Assembly (NCBI GenBank): GCA_003164095.1
Contig: PLRX01000043.1
Location: forward strand, 47,618 to 111,617
DNA length: 64,000 nt
Source: Acidimicrobiaceae bacterium
GTDB lineage: Bacteria > Actinomycetota > Acidimicrobiia > Acidimicrobiales > RAAP-2
Direction of reading: 5' to 3'
The position numbers and the translations under genes are program-made. The notes beneath the pieces are model-generated. The model worked only from the letters and a program-made list of their open reading frames with translations. It was not told the origin of the DNA and made no database searches. Shown here piece by piece: positions 9,205-17,824 of this stretch (position 1 is its first letter; the number at the start of each line of letters is the position of its first letter).

Positions 9205-10023
9205 TCAGCGCGGCCTCGGGATCGGTGGGTGCAGGACGGCTCCGGCGCCGCGGACGTACAGGTCGGCCGGCCGACCGGTGCCGACGATCCTCTTCCCAGC
9301 CGTCTGTGCGACGAACCCCGGGGTGGCGAGCACCTTGCGCCGGAAGTTGGCTGGCTCGAGCTCGATGCCCCAGGCCGCTTCGTAGGCGCGGCGGAGGTCG
9401 CCGAGGGTGAACGGCTCCTCCACCAGGGCGGTGGCGACGTCGGTCTGCTCGAGCCGCGAGCGCAGCCGCTCGACACCGGCCTCGACGATGTCGAGATGGT
9501 CGAAGGCGAGTGTCGGACCGCCGTCCGTCCCGATCGTGTCGACGCGCCACCAGCGTCCACTGGCCAGCGCGCCACCGGCAGGTGGAACCGGCGTGGAGGT
9601 CACGGCCAGGACGGCAGTCGAGACCACCCGCGTCCGGGGGTCGCGGTCGGGTGCGTCGAACACCGCCAACTGCTCCACGCGTGTGAACGGCTCGAGGATG
9701 CCGGCCCGGGCGACGACGGCGCGCGTGGCGGCATCCGTCAGCGCCTCGTCCGGTTCGAGCACCGCTCCGGGTACCGCCCATCGTCCCGGGTCGGGCTCTC
9801 GCCCCCGTTCGACGAGGAGCACCACGAGTGCTCCGCGGTCCACCGCGAAGTACGCGACGTCGACCACGAGGGCCACGTCCGGCCGGTCATCGGTGCCGTA
9901 GCCGCCGGGTCCGTCTGATGCCGCCTCGACTTCGAGGGCCACCTTGGCGCGCTTCTTCGCCGACTTCTGCGTCTTGGTCCGCTCGCCGGCGCGGCGGTCC
10001 GGCTTCTTCCCGTCCTTGGCCAT
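9205..10023 (-). CDS. Nudix-fold / winged-helix protein, NrtR-like regulator
   Basis: Nudix fold with a degenerate box (G-x5-E-x7-RAVVARAG, catalytic glutamates missing). The C-terminal part has FTLGDLRRAYEAAWG...NFRRKV. Confidence 0.7.
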   Translation of the reverse strand: MAKDGKKPDRRAGERTKTQKSAKKRAKVALEVEAASDGPGGYGTDDRPDVALVVDVAYFAVDRGALVVLLVERGREPDPGRWAVPGAVLEPDEALTDAATRAVVARAGILEPFTRVEQLAVFDAPDRDPRTRVVSTAVLAVTSTPVPPAGGALASGRWWRVDTIGTDGGPTLAFDHLDIVEAGVERLRSRLEQTDVATALVEEPFTLGDLRRAYEAAWGIELEPANFRRKVLATPGFVAQTAGKRIVGTGRPADLYVRGAGAVLHPPIPRPR

Positions 10024-10056
10024 GCCGGCACCCTACTGCCGGCGTCCTCCCTCTAC

Positions 10057-10087
10057 TAGTCATTACGACCTTAACTAGTCTGACCAG
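10057..10087. promoter_or_regulatory. candidate operator pair TAGTCA-N3-CGACC / TAGTC-TGACCAG upstream of the NrtR-like gene
   Basis: ACTAGTC occurs twice 19 nt apart in an atypically AT-richer patch 35-65 nt upstream of ATG 10023. Confidence 0.3.
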
Positions 10088-10311
10088 GGATGATATGCCG
10101 TCTCTGCAAGCGCCTCCAGCGAGGTCCGGCCAACTCGCCCACCGCGCGCCGACCGCTCCGTCGCCGGTCCGGTCGCGCCGGTCGATCGGGTGGGCTCCCC
10201 TCCTCGGGACAGCGTCGCTTCTGTGACTTGTTTCACGTGGAACTGCGCGGGTACCGCACGGTTGCTGGGCATTGCCGGTGGCACCCGCCCAACACCCAGT
10301 CACCTACTGAA

Positions 10312-10327
10312 TAGTCAGAATGACCAG
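10312..10327. promoter_or_regulatory. candidate operator TAGTCAGAATGACCAG (GTCA-N3-TGAC inverted repeat)
   Basis: Same half-sites as the 10057 site. It sits at the other end of the 368-nt intergenic region. Confidence 0.3.
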
Positions 10328-10391
10328 AACAACGACTGGCCGAGAGCCATCGAAGTCAGGTCGACCTGTGCCCCGGTGGACGCGTCGTCGG

Positions 10392-11444
10392 TCAGGGCTC
10401 GCGGAGAACAACGGGTGTCGCGGTGGCGGTGGCGGTCGCGGTGGCGGTGGCGGCCAACTGGCCGCACGCGGCGTCGATGTCGGAGCCACGTGTCGACCGG
10501 ATCGTCACGGTCGTGCCGCGCTGTTCGAGGATCGAACGGAACTCCTCGATGCGTGCGCGCGGGGTGCCACGCACCGGATAGCCGGGGGTCGGGTTCAGTG
10601 GGATGAGGTTGACGTGGGCCCGCACGCCGGTAGCCAGACGGGCGAGCTCCTCGGCCTGGCGGTCGTCGTCGTTGATGCCGTCGATCATCGCCCACTCGAA
10701 CGACACGCGGCGGCCGGTCTCGGCCCGGTAGTCGACGCACGCCTCCATCAGCGCCGGAATCGGGTAGCGCTTGTTGATCGGGACGAGCTCGTTGCGCAAC
10801 TCCTCGGTCGCGGCGTGGAGCGAGACGGCGAGGCCGACCGGGAGAGGGGCTGCGGTGAGCCGTCGGATGCCCGGGATGATCCCCACCGTCGACACCGTCA
10901 TGCTGCGCGCGCCGAGGCCGAAGTCGTCGTGGATCCGTTCGATGGCCGGCCACAGGTTGTCGAAGTTGGCGAGTGGCTCCCCCATCCCCATGAACACGAT
11001 GTTGGAGAGCCGGCGCGGGCGGGCCGCCCGCACCGCCACCGCGACCTGCTCGAGGATCTCGCCCGAGGTGAGGTGCCGCCGGAAACCGGACTGGCCCGTG
11101 GCGCAGAAGCTGCACGCCATGGCGCAGCCGGCCTGGCTCGACACGCACACCGTCGACCGGTCCGGGTAGTGCATCAGTACCGTCTCGACGACCGCACCGT
11201 CGTGGAGGCGGAAGGACCACTTCGTCGTCTGGTCGTCGTCGGACGACCGCTCGGCCACCGGCTCGAGCGCAGGAGGTAGGGCCGCATCGAGTAGGTCCCG
11301 GAGCGCCAGCGGCAGATCGGTCATCTCCGACGGACGGAGGACCCGGCGGTAGAGGCCGTCCCAGACCTGGCGGGTGCGGAAGGACGGCGCGTCGCCGAGC
11401 AGCCCGGCAAGGTCCTCCTGACTCTGGTCGTAGGCACCGGGCAT
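10392..11444 (-). CDS. rlmN: 23S rRNA/tRNA adenine-C2 methyltransferase RlmN (radical SAM)
   Basis: Motifs CAMACSFC, MGMGEPLAN and GSDIDAACGQL. ATG 11444. The C-terminal tail is (Ala-Thr)6. Confidence 0.9.
   Translation of the reverse strand: MPGAYDQSQEDLAGLLGDAPSFRTRQVWDGLYRRVLRPSEMTDLPLALRDLLDAALPPALEPVAERSSDDDQTTKWSFRLHDGAVVETVLMHYPDRSTVCVSSQAGCAMACSFCATGQSGFRRHLTSGEILEQVAVAVRAARPRRLSNIVFMGMGEPLANFDNLWPAIERIHDDFGLGARSMTVSTVGIIPGIRRLTAAPLPVGLAVSLHAATEELRNELVPINKRYPIPALMEACVDYRAETGRRVSFEWAMIDGINDDDRQAEELARLATGVRAHVNLIPLNPTPGYPVRGTPRARIEEFRSILEQRGTTVTIRSTRGSDIDAACGQLAATATATATATATPVVLREP
10422..10451. repeat. hexanucleotide microsatellite (GGTGGC)x5 inside the rlmN 3' end
   Basis: Read directly from the sequence. 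It encodes the ATATATATATAT tail. Confidence 0.9.
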
Positions 11445-11611
11445 CACCCCAGGATAGGGACGGCGGGCGGATCGGGCGGCCAGTCGTCCGTGAACCCGTG
11501 CGACGCCGCCCACGGTCGCCGCCGATGGGCGGGTTGGAGGAGACGCGCGCTGACCGGCCGTGCCCTCACGTTCCGGCGGCGGCGCACCCCTCGGCGTGCC
11601 ACGATCGGGGG

Positions 11612-12211
11612 ATGACCGCGGACGGAGCGATCGAGGAGCAGGTCCCTCGGATCTGCCTCGCGCTGCCCGGTGCCACCGAGCGCGCCGGCCACGGTGCCCC
11701 GGCGTTCTTCGCGACGAAGCAGTTCGTGGTGCTGTGGCCGGACGGCCACCACGACGACGGGTACCCACACCCGTGGTGCGCCGCGCCGCCCGGCGCGCAA
11801 GAGGGCTTCGTGGCCTCGGGCCCGGAGCACTTCTTCCGTCCCCCTACGTGGGCGGCCGTGGCTGGCTGGGGATGCGCCTCGACAGCTACGGCCGACTGGG
11901 GCGTGGTCGAGATGCTGTGCGAGGAGGCGTTCGAGACAGTTGCGCCGGCACGTCTGCTCGCTCGGCTCGGCACCGATGGCTTATCCCTCTCCGTCCGTCC
12001 GACCGATCGGAGCGTCCATCGTCGCTGGTACCCTAGGGGGGTATCAAGAGGCAGGGTGAGGGAGCCACCGTGGAAGCACCGGGATACGCAGCCGACAAGG
12101 ACGCCGTGCTCAAGCGCCTCCGACGGATCGAGGGACAGGTGCGGGGGATCGCCGGGATGGTCGAGGACGAGCGCTACTGCATCGACGTGCTCGACCAGGT
12201 CTCGGCGGTGA
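11612..12211 (+). CDS. MmcQ/YjbR-family protein with an internal frame excursion and uncertain 3' end
   Basis: The N-terminus and ...DWGVVEMLCEEAFETVAPARLL are in one frame. The family motif PYVGGRGWLGMRLDS is encoded in another frame between about 11840 and 11895. The open frame runs on over the CsoR operator and into csoR. Confidence 0.45.
   Translation: MTADGAIEEQVPRICLALPGATERAGHGAPAFFATKQFVVLWPDGHHDDGYPHPWCAAPPGAQEGFVASGPEHFFRPPTWAAVAGWGCASTATADWGVVEMLCEEAFETVAPARLLARLGTDGLSLSVRPTDRSVHRRWYPRGVSRGRVREPPWKHRDTQPTRTPCSSASDGSRDRCGGSPGWSRTSATASTCSTRSRR
12029..12044. promoter_or_regulatory. CsoR-type operator TACCCTAGGGGGGTAT
   Basis: GC-rich TACCC...GGGTA pseudo-palindrome 26 nt upstream of the csoR GTG. 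It resembles my recollection of known CsoR operators. Confidence 0.65.
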
Positions 12212-12357
12212 CGCGTGCCATCCAGGGCGTGGCCCTGGTCCTGCTGGACGAGCACCTCGCACACTGCGTGGCCGATGCCGTGCAGGTCGGTGGTGAGGAG
12301 AAGGAGGCCAAGCTGGCCGAGGCGTCAGCGGCCATCGCCCGCCTGGTCCGCTCGTGA
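12070..12357 (+). CDS. csoR: CsoR/RcnR-family metal-sensing repressor (Cu-type C-H-C ligands)
   Basis: 95 aa with RYCIDVL and HLAHC (x-C-H-C pattern). GAGGGAG RBS. Confidence 0.85.
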   Translation: MEAPGYAADKDAVLKRLRRIEGQVRGIAGMVEDERYCIDVLDQVSAVTRAIQGVALVLLDEHLAHCVADAVQVGGEEKEAKLAEASAAIARLVRS

Positions 12358-13922
12358 TCATGGCCCTGGGCGTCGCCACGGTGCTCGTCGACGTCGGCCG
12401 CGGCCTGCGCGAGGGCGTGTACATGTTCTGGGAGACGCTGTGGGCCCTCGTCCTCGGCTTCACCCTGTCCGGCGTGGTGCAGGCCTTCGTGTCGAAGGAG
12501 CGGATGCGGGCCAAGCTCGGCGACCACGGTCCGGCATCCGTGGCGCGGGCCTCGGGCTACGGCATGGTCTCGTCGTCCTGCTCGTACGCCGCCTCGGCCA
12601 TGGCCAAGTCCCTGTTCGTCAAGGGGGCCGACTTCACCACCTCCATGGTGTTCATGATCGCCTCGACCAACCTCGTGGTCGAGCTGGGGATCGTGATGCT
12701 CGTGCTGCTCGGCTGGCAGTTCGCGGTGGCGGAATTCGTCGGCGGACCGATCATGATCGTCCTGCTGGCGCTCTCGGGCAGCATGGTGTTCACGCCGAAG
12801 CTGCTGGCCGTGGCCCGCCGTCGCCTGGGGGGCGGCAACCACGGGGGACATGACCACGCAGCCATGGTCCGGGTGTCCGAGGATCGTCAGGAGGAGCTGG
12901 AGGCGGAGCCGTGGGGCGAGAAGGTGCGTTCCCCTGCCGCATGGTCGGATGCCTCGAGCTACGCGGTGGCCGACGCCACCATGCTGCGCAAGGAGCTGCT
13001 CATCGGATACACGGTGGCGGGCCTGCTCGCCGTCCTCGTCCCCGACCACGTGTGGAACGCACTGTTCCTCCACGGCCACGGGTTCTGGACGACCCTGGAG
13101 AACGCCATGGTCGGCCCACTCATCGCTGTCGCCAGTTGGGTGTGCTCGATCGGCAACGTGCCACTGGCCGCCGCGCTGTGGGGCGGGGGCATCAGCTTCG
13201 GAGGGGTGATCGCCTTCATCTTCGCCGACCTCATCGCCATGCCCCTGATCCTGGTCTACCGGAAGTTCTACGGCTGGCGCCTGACTGTCCGGATCGTCGG
13301 TCTCTTCTACGTGCTCATGGTGGTGGCGGGCCTGGCCACCGAAGGAATCTTCCGGGCCGTCGGCGCCGTGCCGGTCAACCACGACGTCGGAGTGCGACCG
13401 GCGCACGTCGAGTGGGACTACACGACCTTCCTGAACCTTGTCTTCCTGGTGGTGGCCGCCGCTGTGTGGTGGCTGGCCCGGAACCGAGAGCGCTTCGGCG
13501 GCGGAGTCGGCTATGCCGTCGACCCGGTCTGCGGCATGCAGGTGCGCACGGCCGACGCCCCGGCGCGCACCGAGCACGACGGTGCCACCGTGTGGTTCTG
13601 CGCCGACCGTTGCCGTGAGCGGTTCGAGTCCGACCCCGAGCGGTACCTGTCATCGGGCACCGTCCACGAGTCGATGGTCGCACCCGTGGGCGCGGAACCG
13701 GTGGCGGTCACCCTCACCCGGCGGACGCCCGCGCCCACCGGGGGGCACGTGGACGACGCGGCCTCCGACGGCTCCGGGCAGACCGTCGTCGACCCGGTGT
13801 GCGGCATGGTCGTCGACCCGGCCCACGCCGCCGCCCATCGGGTGCGCGACGGAGTCGACCACTGGTTCTGTGGAACGGGATGTGCCGAGCGGTTCGACGC
13901 GGAGGCGACGACGGGGGGCTGA
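12354..13922 (+). CDS. ArsP/DUF318-type permease fused to two YHS/TRASH metal-binding domains (SO_0444-like Cu/Zn efflux permease)
   Basis: Multi-TM permease (SSCSYAASAMA, CSIGNVPLAAALW) followed by two DPVCGM...WFC modules. GTGA overlap with the csoR stop. Confidence 0.8.
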   Translation: MIMALGVATVLVDVGRGLREGVYMFWETLWALVLGFTLSGVVQAFVSKERMRAKLGDHGPASVARASGYGMVSSSCSYAASAMAKSLFVKGADFTTSMVFMIASTNLVVELGIVMLVLLGWQFAVAEFVGGPIMIVLLALSGSMVFTPKLLAVARRRLGGGNHGGHDHAAMVRVSEDRQEELEAEPWGEKVRSPAAWSDASSYAVADATMLRKELLIGYTVAGLLAVLVPDHVWNALFLHGHGFWTTLENAMVGPLIAVASWVCSIGNVPLAAALWGGGISFGGVIAFIFADLIAMPLILVYRKFYGWRLTVRIVGLFYVLMVVAGLATEGIFRAVGAVPVNHDVGVRPAHVEWDYTTFLNLVFLVVAAAVWWLARNRERFGGGVGYAVDPVCGMQVRTADAPARTEHDGATVWFCADRCRERFESDPERYLSSGTVHESMVAPVGAEPVAVTLTRRTPAPTGGHVDDAASDGSGQTVVDPVCGMVVDPAHAAAHRVRDGVDHWFCGTGCAERFDAEATTGG

Positions 13923-13933
13923 CCGCCGGAGCG

Positions 13934-15259
13934 TCAGCCGTTCTTCAACAACTGCGAGAACGGCACGTCCTTGTCGTTGCCCGGCTCCTTCGGCAGCCCG
14001 AGCACCCGCTCGCCGATGATGTTGCGCTGGATCTGGTCGGTCCCGCCGTAGATGGACGGTGCCTGCGCGTAGAGCGCGGAGCCCGTCACGCCGGGCAGGA
14101 ACGGATTGCCGGTCGCCTCGTTGAGCGTGGCCTGGTCTGCCGCGTCGTATGCGTGGAGCATGCCCTGTGCCCCGACGATGCGGAGTCCGAGGTCGCGGGT
14201 GAGGCGCATGACGGCGCTCATCGAGAGCTTGGCGATGTTGGCCATACCCGGGATGTCGCCACCGGCGGACCGGGTGGCCTTGAGGCGCTCGGCGTTCAGC
14301 CGGCCGAGTTCGTTCAGGGTGTACAGGCGGACCAGAGCCTGTCGGATGAGCGGGTCGGTGTTCGAACCGTTGCCGCGCGCCAGCCCGGTCAGCAGGTCGT
14401 CACGGCGGGTGGGACGGGCGCCGGACCCGGCACGCGCCGTGGGCTTGTCGCCTGGAGTGGGGGCGAAGTCGCCCACCCGCTTGCCGAGGTTGCCGGCCAC
14501 TGTCCCCGGCATGATGATGGTCCCCCGGCTCCCTCCGCCGGTCCCGAGGCCGGCCCGCTCATAGCCGAGTGTGGTGTTGGCCACGGCCCAACCCTTGTTG
14601 AGGCCACCGATCAGGAGACGGTCCGGCACGCGTGCGTCGGTCAGGAAGGTCTCGTTGAACATGGCGTGCCCGGTCATCTCGCGGAGCGGGCGCACCTCCA
14701 CCCCGGGCTGGTGCATGTCGATGGCGAAGTAGGAGATCCCCTGGTGCTTCGGCGCCTCGGTCGAGGTCCGGGCGATGAGCATCCCGTAGTCGGCGGTCTG
14801 ACCGAGCGAGGTCCACACCTTCTGGCCGTTCACGATCCACTCGTCCCCGTCGCGCTCCGCCCGGGTGGTCAGGCCGGCCAGGTCCGAGCCGGCCCCGGGC
14901 TCGCTGAACAGCTGGCACCACGCCGCCTGCCCGGTGACGATGTCCCGCACCAAGGTGTCGATCTGCTCGCGGTCGCCGTGATCGGCGATGGTGGGTGCGG
15001 CCAGTAGCAGGCCGAGGCCGTAAGGGGCACCGACGGCACCGAAGGCGGCGATCTCATTGGTGACCTGGACACCGACGCTGCGGGCCACGCCCCTGCCGTA
15101 GGAGCCGGCGGGCAGGGTCGGTGCCGCCCAACCCGAGGTGCCGAGGCGCTCCCACCACTCGGCCACGGTCAGGTCGGGGTCCCAGCTCTCGCTCAGCCAG
15201 CTGCGGAGCTCGTTCAGCAGGTCATCGGTATCAGTGGCCTCGGCCAGCGTGTCGGTCAC
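13934..15259 (-). CDS. acyl-CoA dehydrogenase
   Basis: Motifs WCQLFSEPGAGSDLAG and GGTDQIQRNIIGERVLGLP. GTG 15259 has a GGAGGGA RBS. Confidence 0.85.
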   Translation of the reverse strand: MTDTLAEATDTDDLLNELRSWLSESWDPDLTVAEWWERLGTSGWAAPTLPAGSYGRGVARSVGVQVTNEIAAFGAVGAPYGLGLLLAAPTIADHGDREQIDTLVRDIVTGQAAWCQLFSEPGAGSDLAGLTTRAERDGDEWIVNGQKVWTSLGQTADYGMLIARTSTEAPKHQGISYFAIDMHQPGVEVRPLREMTGHAMFNETFLTDARVPDRLLIGGLNKGWAVANTTLGYERAGLGTGGGSRGTIIMPGTVAGNLGKRVGDFAPTPGDKPTARAGSGARPTRRDDLLTGLARGNGSNTDPLIRQALVRLYTLNELGRLNAERLKATRSAGGDIPGMANIAKLSMSAVMRLTRDLGLRIVGAQGMLHAYDAADQATLNEATGNPFLPGVTGSALYAQAPSIYGGTDQIQRNIIGERVLGLPKEPGNDKDVPFSQLLKNG

Positions 15260-15438
15260 GGGGTGCTCCCTCCGGGCATGGGCGCCGGTGGGGCACCGGG
15301 GGACAACGCTAACGCCACCTCGCGAAGGTGTCAGTTCCCCCGTCCGAAGTGCCGTGCCCACATGTGCCGGTCCCCGGGCGTGGTGACGGCGCGGTCGGTA
15401 GCCTCGCGCGGGAGCGACTGAGACGAGGGGAGGGCACC

Positions 15439-16224
15439 ATGCCCGCTGTCGAACATTTTCCCGTGGGGGCCCCGTGCTGGGCGGACCTCTGGACGTCGGA
15501 CATCGAGGGCAGCCGAGCCTTCTACTCCGCACTCTTCGGATGGGCGGCCCAGGAGCCGAGTGAGGAGTTCGGTGGCTACTTCATGTTCCACCGCGAAGGT
15601 GCGCCCATCGCCGGCGGCATGGGCGACATGGGGCCGGACATGCCGGCCGACGACACCTGGAAGATCTACCTGTCGACGGACGACATCGCCGGGGTGCACG
15701 ACGTACTCGCCTCCCACGGCGCCGTGGCCGTGACGCCGACCATCCCGGTGGCCGACCTCGGCCAGAACATGGTCTTCACCGACCCGAACGGAGCCGTCCT
15801 CGGCGCGTGGCAGCCGGAGACCTTCCCGGGGTTCGCCACCGTGGAGGAGCACGGGGCGCCGAGCTGGTTCGAGCTGTTCACCCGGGACTACGCCAGAGCG
15901 CTCGACTTCTATCGTGAGGTGTTCTCGTGGCACACCGAGGTGGAGGGGGACTCCGACGAGTTCCGCTACTCGACACTCCGGCACCCGGAGGACTCGGAGC
16001 AGCAGCTGGCCGGCGTGATGGACGCGTCGGCGTTCCTGCCGGAGGGCGTTCCCGACTACTGGTCCATCTACTGGGACGTCGACGACGTCGACGTCACCGT
16101 GGCGCTGGCCCGTCAGCTGGGCGGGTCACTGGTCGACGGACCGATGGACACCCCGTACGGGCGGATGGCCACGGTCACCGACCCGACCGGTGCGCAGTTC
16201 AAGCTGCGGACGCCCCCGGCCTGA
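15439..16224 (+). CDS. VOC (glyoxalase/bleomycin-resistance) family protein, two repeats
   Basis: FYSALFGW and FYREVFSW repeat starts. ATG 15439 follows GAGGGGAGGG. Confidence 0.8.
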   Translation: MPAVEHFPVGAPCWADLWTSDIEGSRAFYSALFGWAAQEPSEEFGGYFMFHREGAPIAGGMGDMGPDMPADDTWKIYLSTDDIAGVHDVLASHGAVAVTPTIPVADLGQNMVFTDPNGAVLGAWQPETFPGFATVEEHGAPSWFELFTRDYARALDFYREVFSWHTEVEGDSDEFRYSTLRHPEDSEQQLAGVMDASAFLPEGVPDYWSIYWDVDDVDVTVALARQLGGSLVDGPMDTPYGRMATVTDPTGAQFKLRTPPA

Positions 16225-16340
16225 CGCCGCCAGCTGTCGTCCCGTAGCCACGACGGCCCGTCGCGCGCGCCGCCCGGCGCCCGGCGCGTGCCACGCTGGT
16301 AGCCCCGTACCCGTACCCGTACCAGCAGCTGAGGTGACCC

Positions 16341-17717
16341 ATGCCCATCGCCACCACCAACCCCGCCACCGGAAAGGTCGAGCAGACCTTCGACGAGATC
16401 TCCGACCTGGAGGTCGAGCGCATCCTGGCCCTCGCCGCGTCCACCTTCCGCACGTACCGGACCACGACGTTCGCCCAGCGCGGTGCCTGGATGGTCCGTG
16501 CCGCCGAGATCCTCGAGACCGAGGTCGACCGGATCGGCACGACGATGACCACGGAGATGGGCAAGACCCTGGCCGCGGCCAAGGTCGAGGTACTCAAGTG
16601 CGCCAAGGCCTGCCGGTACTTCGCCGAGCACGCCGAGTCCTTCCTGGTCGACGAGCCGGCCGACGCGGCGGCTGTCGGCGCGGCCGACGCCTACGCCGCG
16701 TGGCAGCCCCTCGGGCCGGTGCTCGCCGTGATGCCCTGGAACTTCCCCCTCTGGCAGGCCATGCGGTTCGCCGCCCCGGCGCTCATGGCCGGCAACGTCG
16801 GCCTCCTCAAGCACGCCTCGAACGTGCCGCAGTGCGCCCTCTTCATGCAGGAGCTGTTCGAGCGGGCCGGCTTCCCCGAGGGATGCTTCCAGACGCTGCT
16901 GATCGGTTCCTCCCGGGTCGAGGCCGTCATCCGGGACGACCGGGTCGTGGCGGTCACCCTCACCGGATCGGGTCCGGCCGGTCAGGCCGTCGCCGCTGCT
17001 GCCGGTGACGTCATCAAGAAGTCGGTGCTCGAGCTGGGCGGGAGCGACCCGTTCATCGTGATGCCCTCGGCCGACCTGGCCAGGGCCGCTGCGGTCGCCA
17101 CCACTGCCAGGACCCTCAACAACGGGCAGTCGTGCATCGCCGCCAAGCGGTTCATCGCCCACACCGACGTGGCCGACGGGTTCGAGCGCCTGTTCGTCGA
17201 CGAGATGTCGGCGCTGGTCGTCGGCGACCCCATGGACGACGCGACGACGATCGGCCCGCTCGCCAGCGCCCAGCAGCAAGCGGACATGGTCGAACTGGTG
17301 GCCGATGCCGTCGCCAAGGGCGCCACGGTCCTCTGCGGGGGAGCCGTGCCGGAGGGGCCGGGCTACTACTACCCGCCGACGGTCCTCACGGGCATCACCC
17401 CCGAGATGCGCATCCACACGGAGGAGGCCTTCGGCCCGGTGGCGACCCTCTACCGCGTGGCGGACATCGACGAGGCCATCGAGCTGGGCAATGCCACCGA
17501 GTTCGGCCTCGGCGCCAATGCCTGGACGGAGGACGACGCCGAGCGGGCCCGGTTCATCCGCGACCTGGAGGCCGGGATGGTCTTCATCAACGGCAACACG
17601 ACCTCCTACAACGAGCTGCCGTTCGGTGGGATCAAGACGTCGGGCTACGGGCGCGAGCTGACGGCCCACGGCATCCGCGAGTTCTGCAACCTCAAGTCGG
17701 TGTGGGTCGGCGCATGA
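16341..17717 (+). CDS. NAD(P)-dependent aldehyde dehydrogenase (succinate-semialdehyde dehydrogenase-like)
   Basis: Motifs VLELGGSDP, NNGQSCIAAKR and EEAFGPV. 458 aa. Confidence 0.88.
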   Translation: MPIATTNPATGKVEQTFDEISDLEVERILALAASTFRTYRTTTFAQRGAWMVRAAEILETEVDRIGTTMTTEMGKTLAAAKVEVLKCAKACRYFAEHAESFLVDEPADAAAVGAADAYAAWQPLGPVLAVMPWNFPLWQAMRFAAPALMAGNVGLLKHASNVPQCALFMQELFERAGFPEGCFQTLLIGSSRVEAVIRDDRVVAVTLTGSGPAGQAVAAAAGDVIKKSVLELGGSDPFIVMPSADLARAAAVATTARTLNNGQSCIAAKRFIAHTDVADGFERLFVDEMSALVVGDPMDDATTIGPLASAQQQADMVELVADAVAKGATVLCGGAVPEGPGYYYPPTVLTGITPEMRIHTEEAFGPVATLYRVADIDEAIELGNATEFGLGANAWTEDDAERARFIRDLEAGMVFINGNTTSYNELPFGGIKTSGYGRELTAHGIREFCNLKSVWVGA

Positions 17718-17824
17718 CGCGCGGGTCCCGTCGTACGGCATGCGGCGGGACCCTCGGAGCTGACCGGCGGCCGGAGAACCACTGTGCCGCCAGCCCACGG
17801 CGGTCCATCGTGCCGGTGGGGCTG

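Noticed and set aside
10024-10391. tRNA or other structured RNA gene, or the small ORFs 10090-10314 (+) and 10075-10284 (-), in the long intergenic region.
   Set aside because: I could find no cloverleaf or T-loop (GGTTCGAATCC-like) element there. The GGTTCGA strings in the window (for example 13621 and 34672) lie inside well-supported CDS. The two ORFs have poor codon bias and Arg/Pro-rich products. An sRNA cannot be excluded without expression data.
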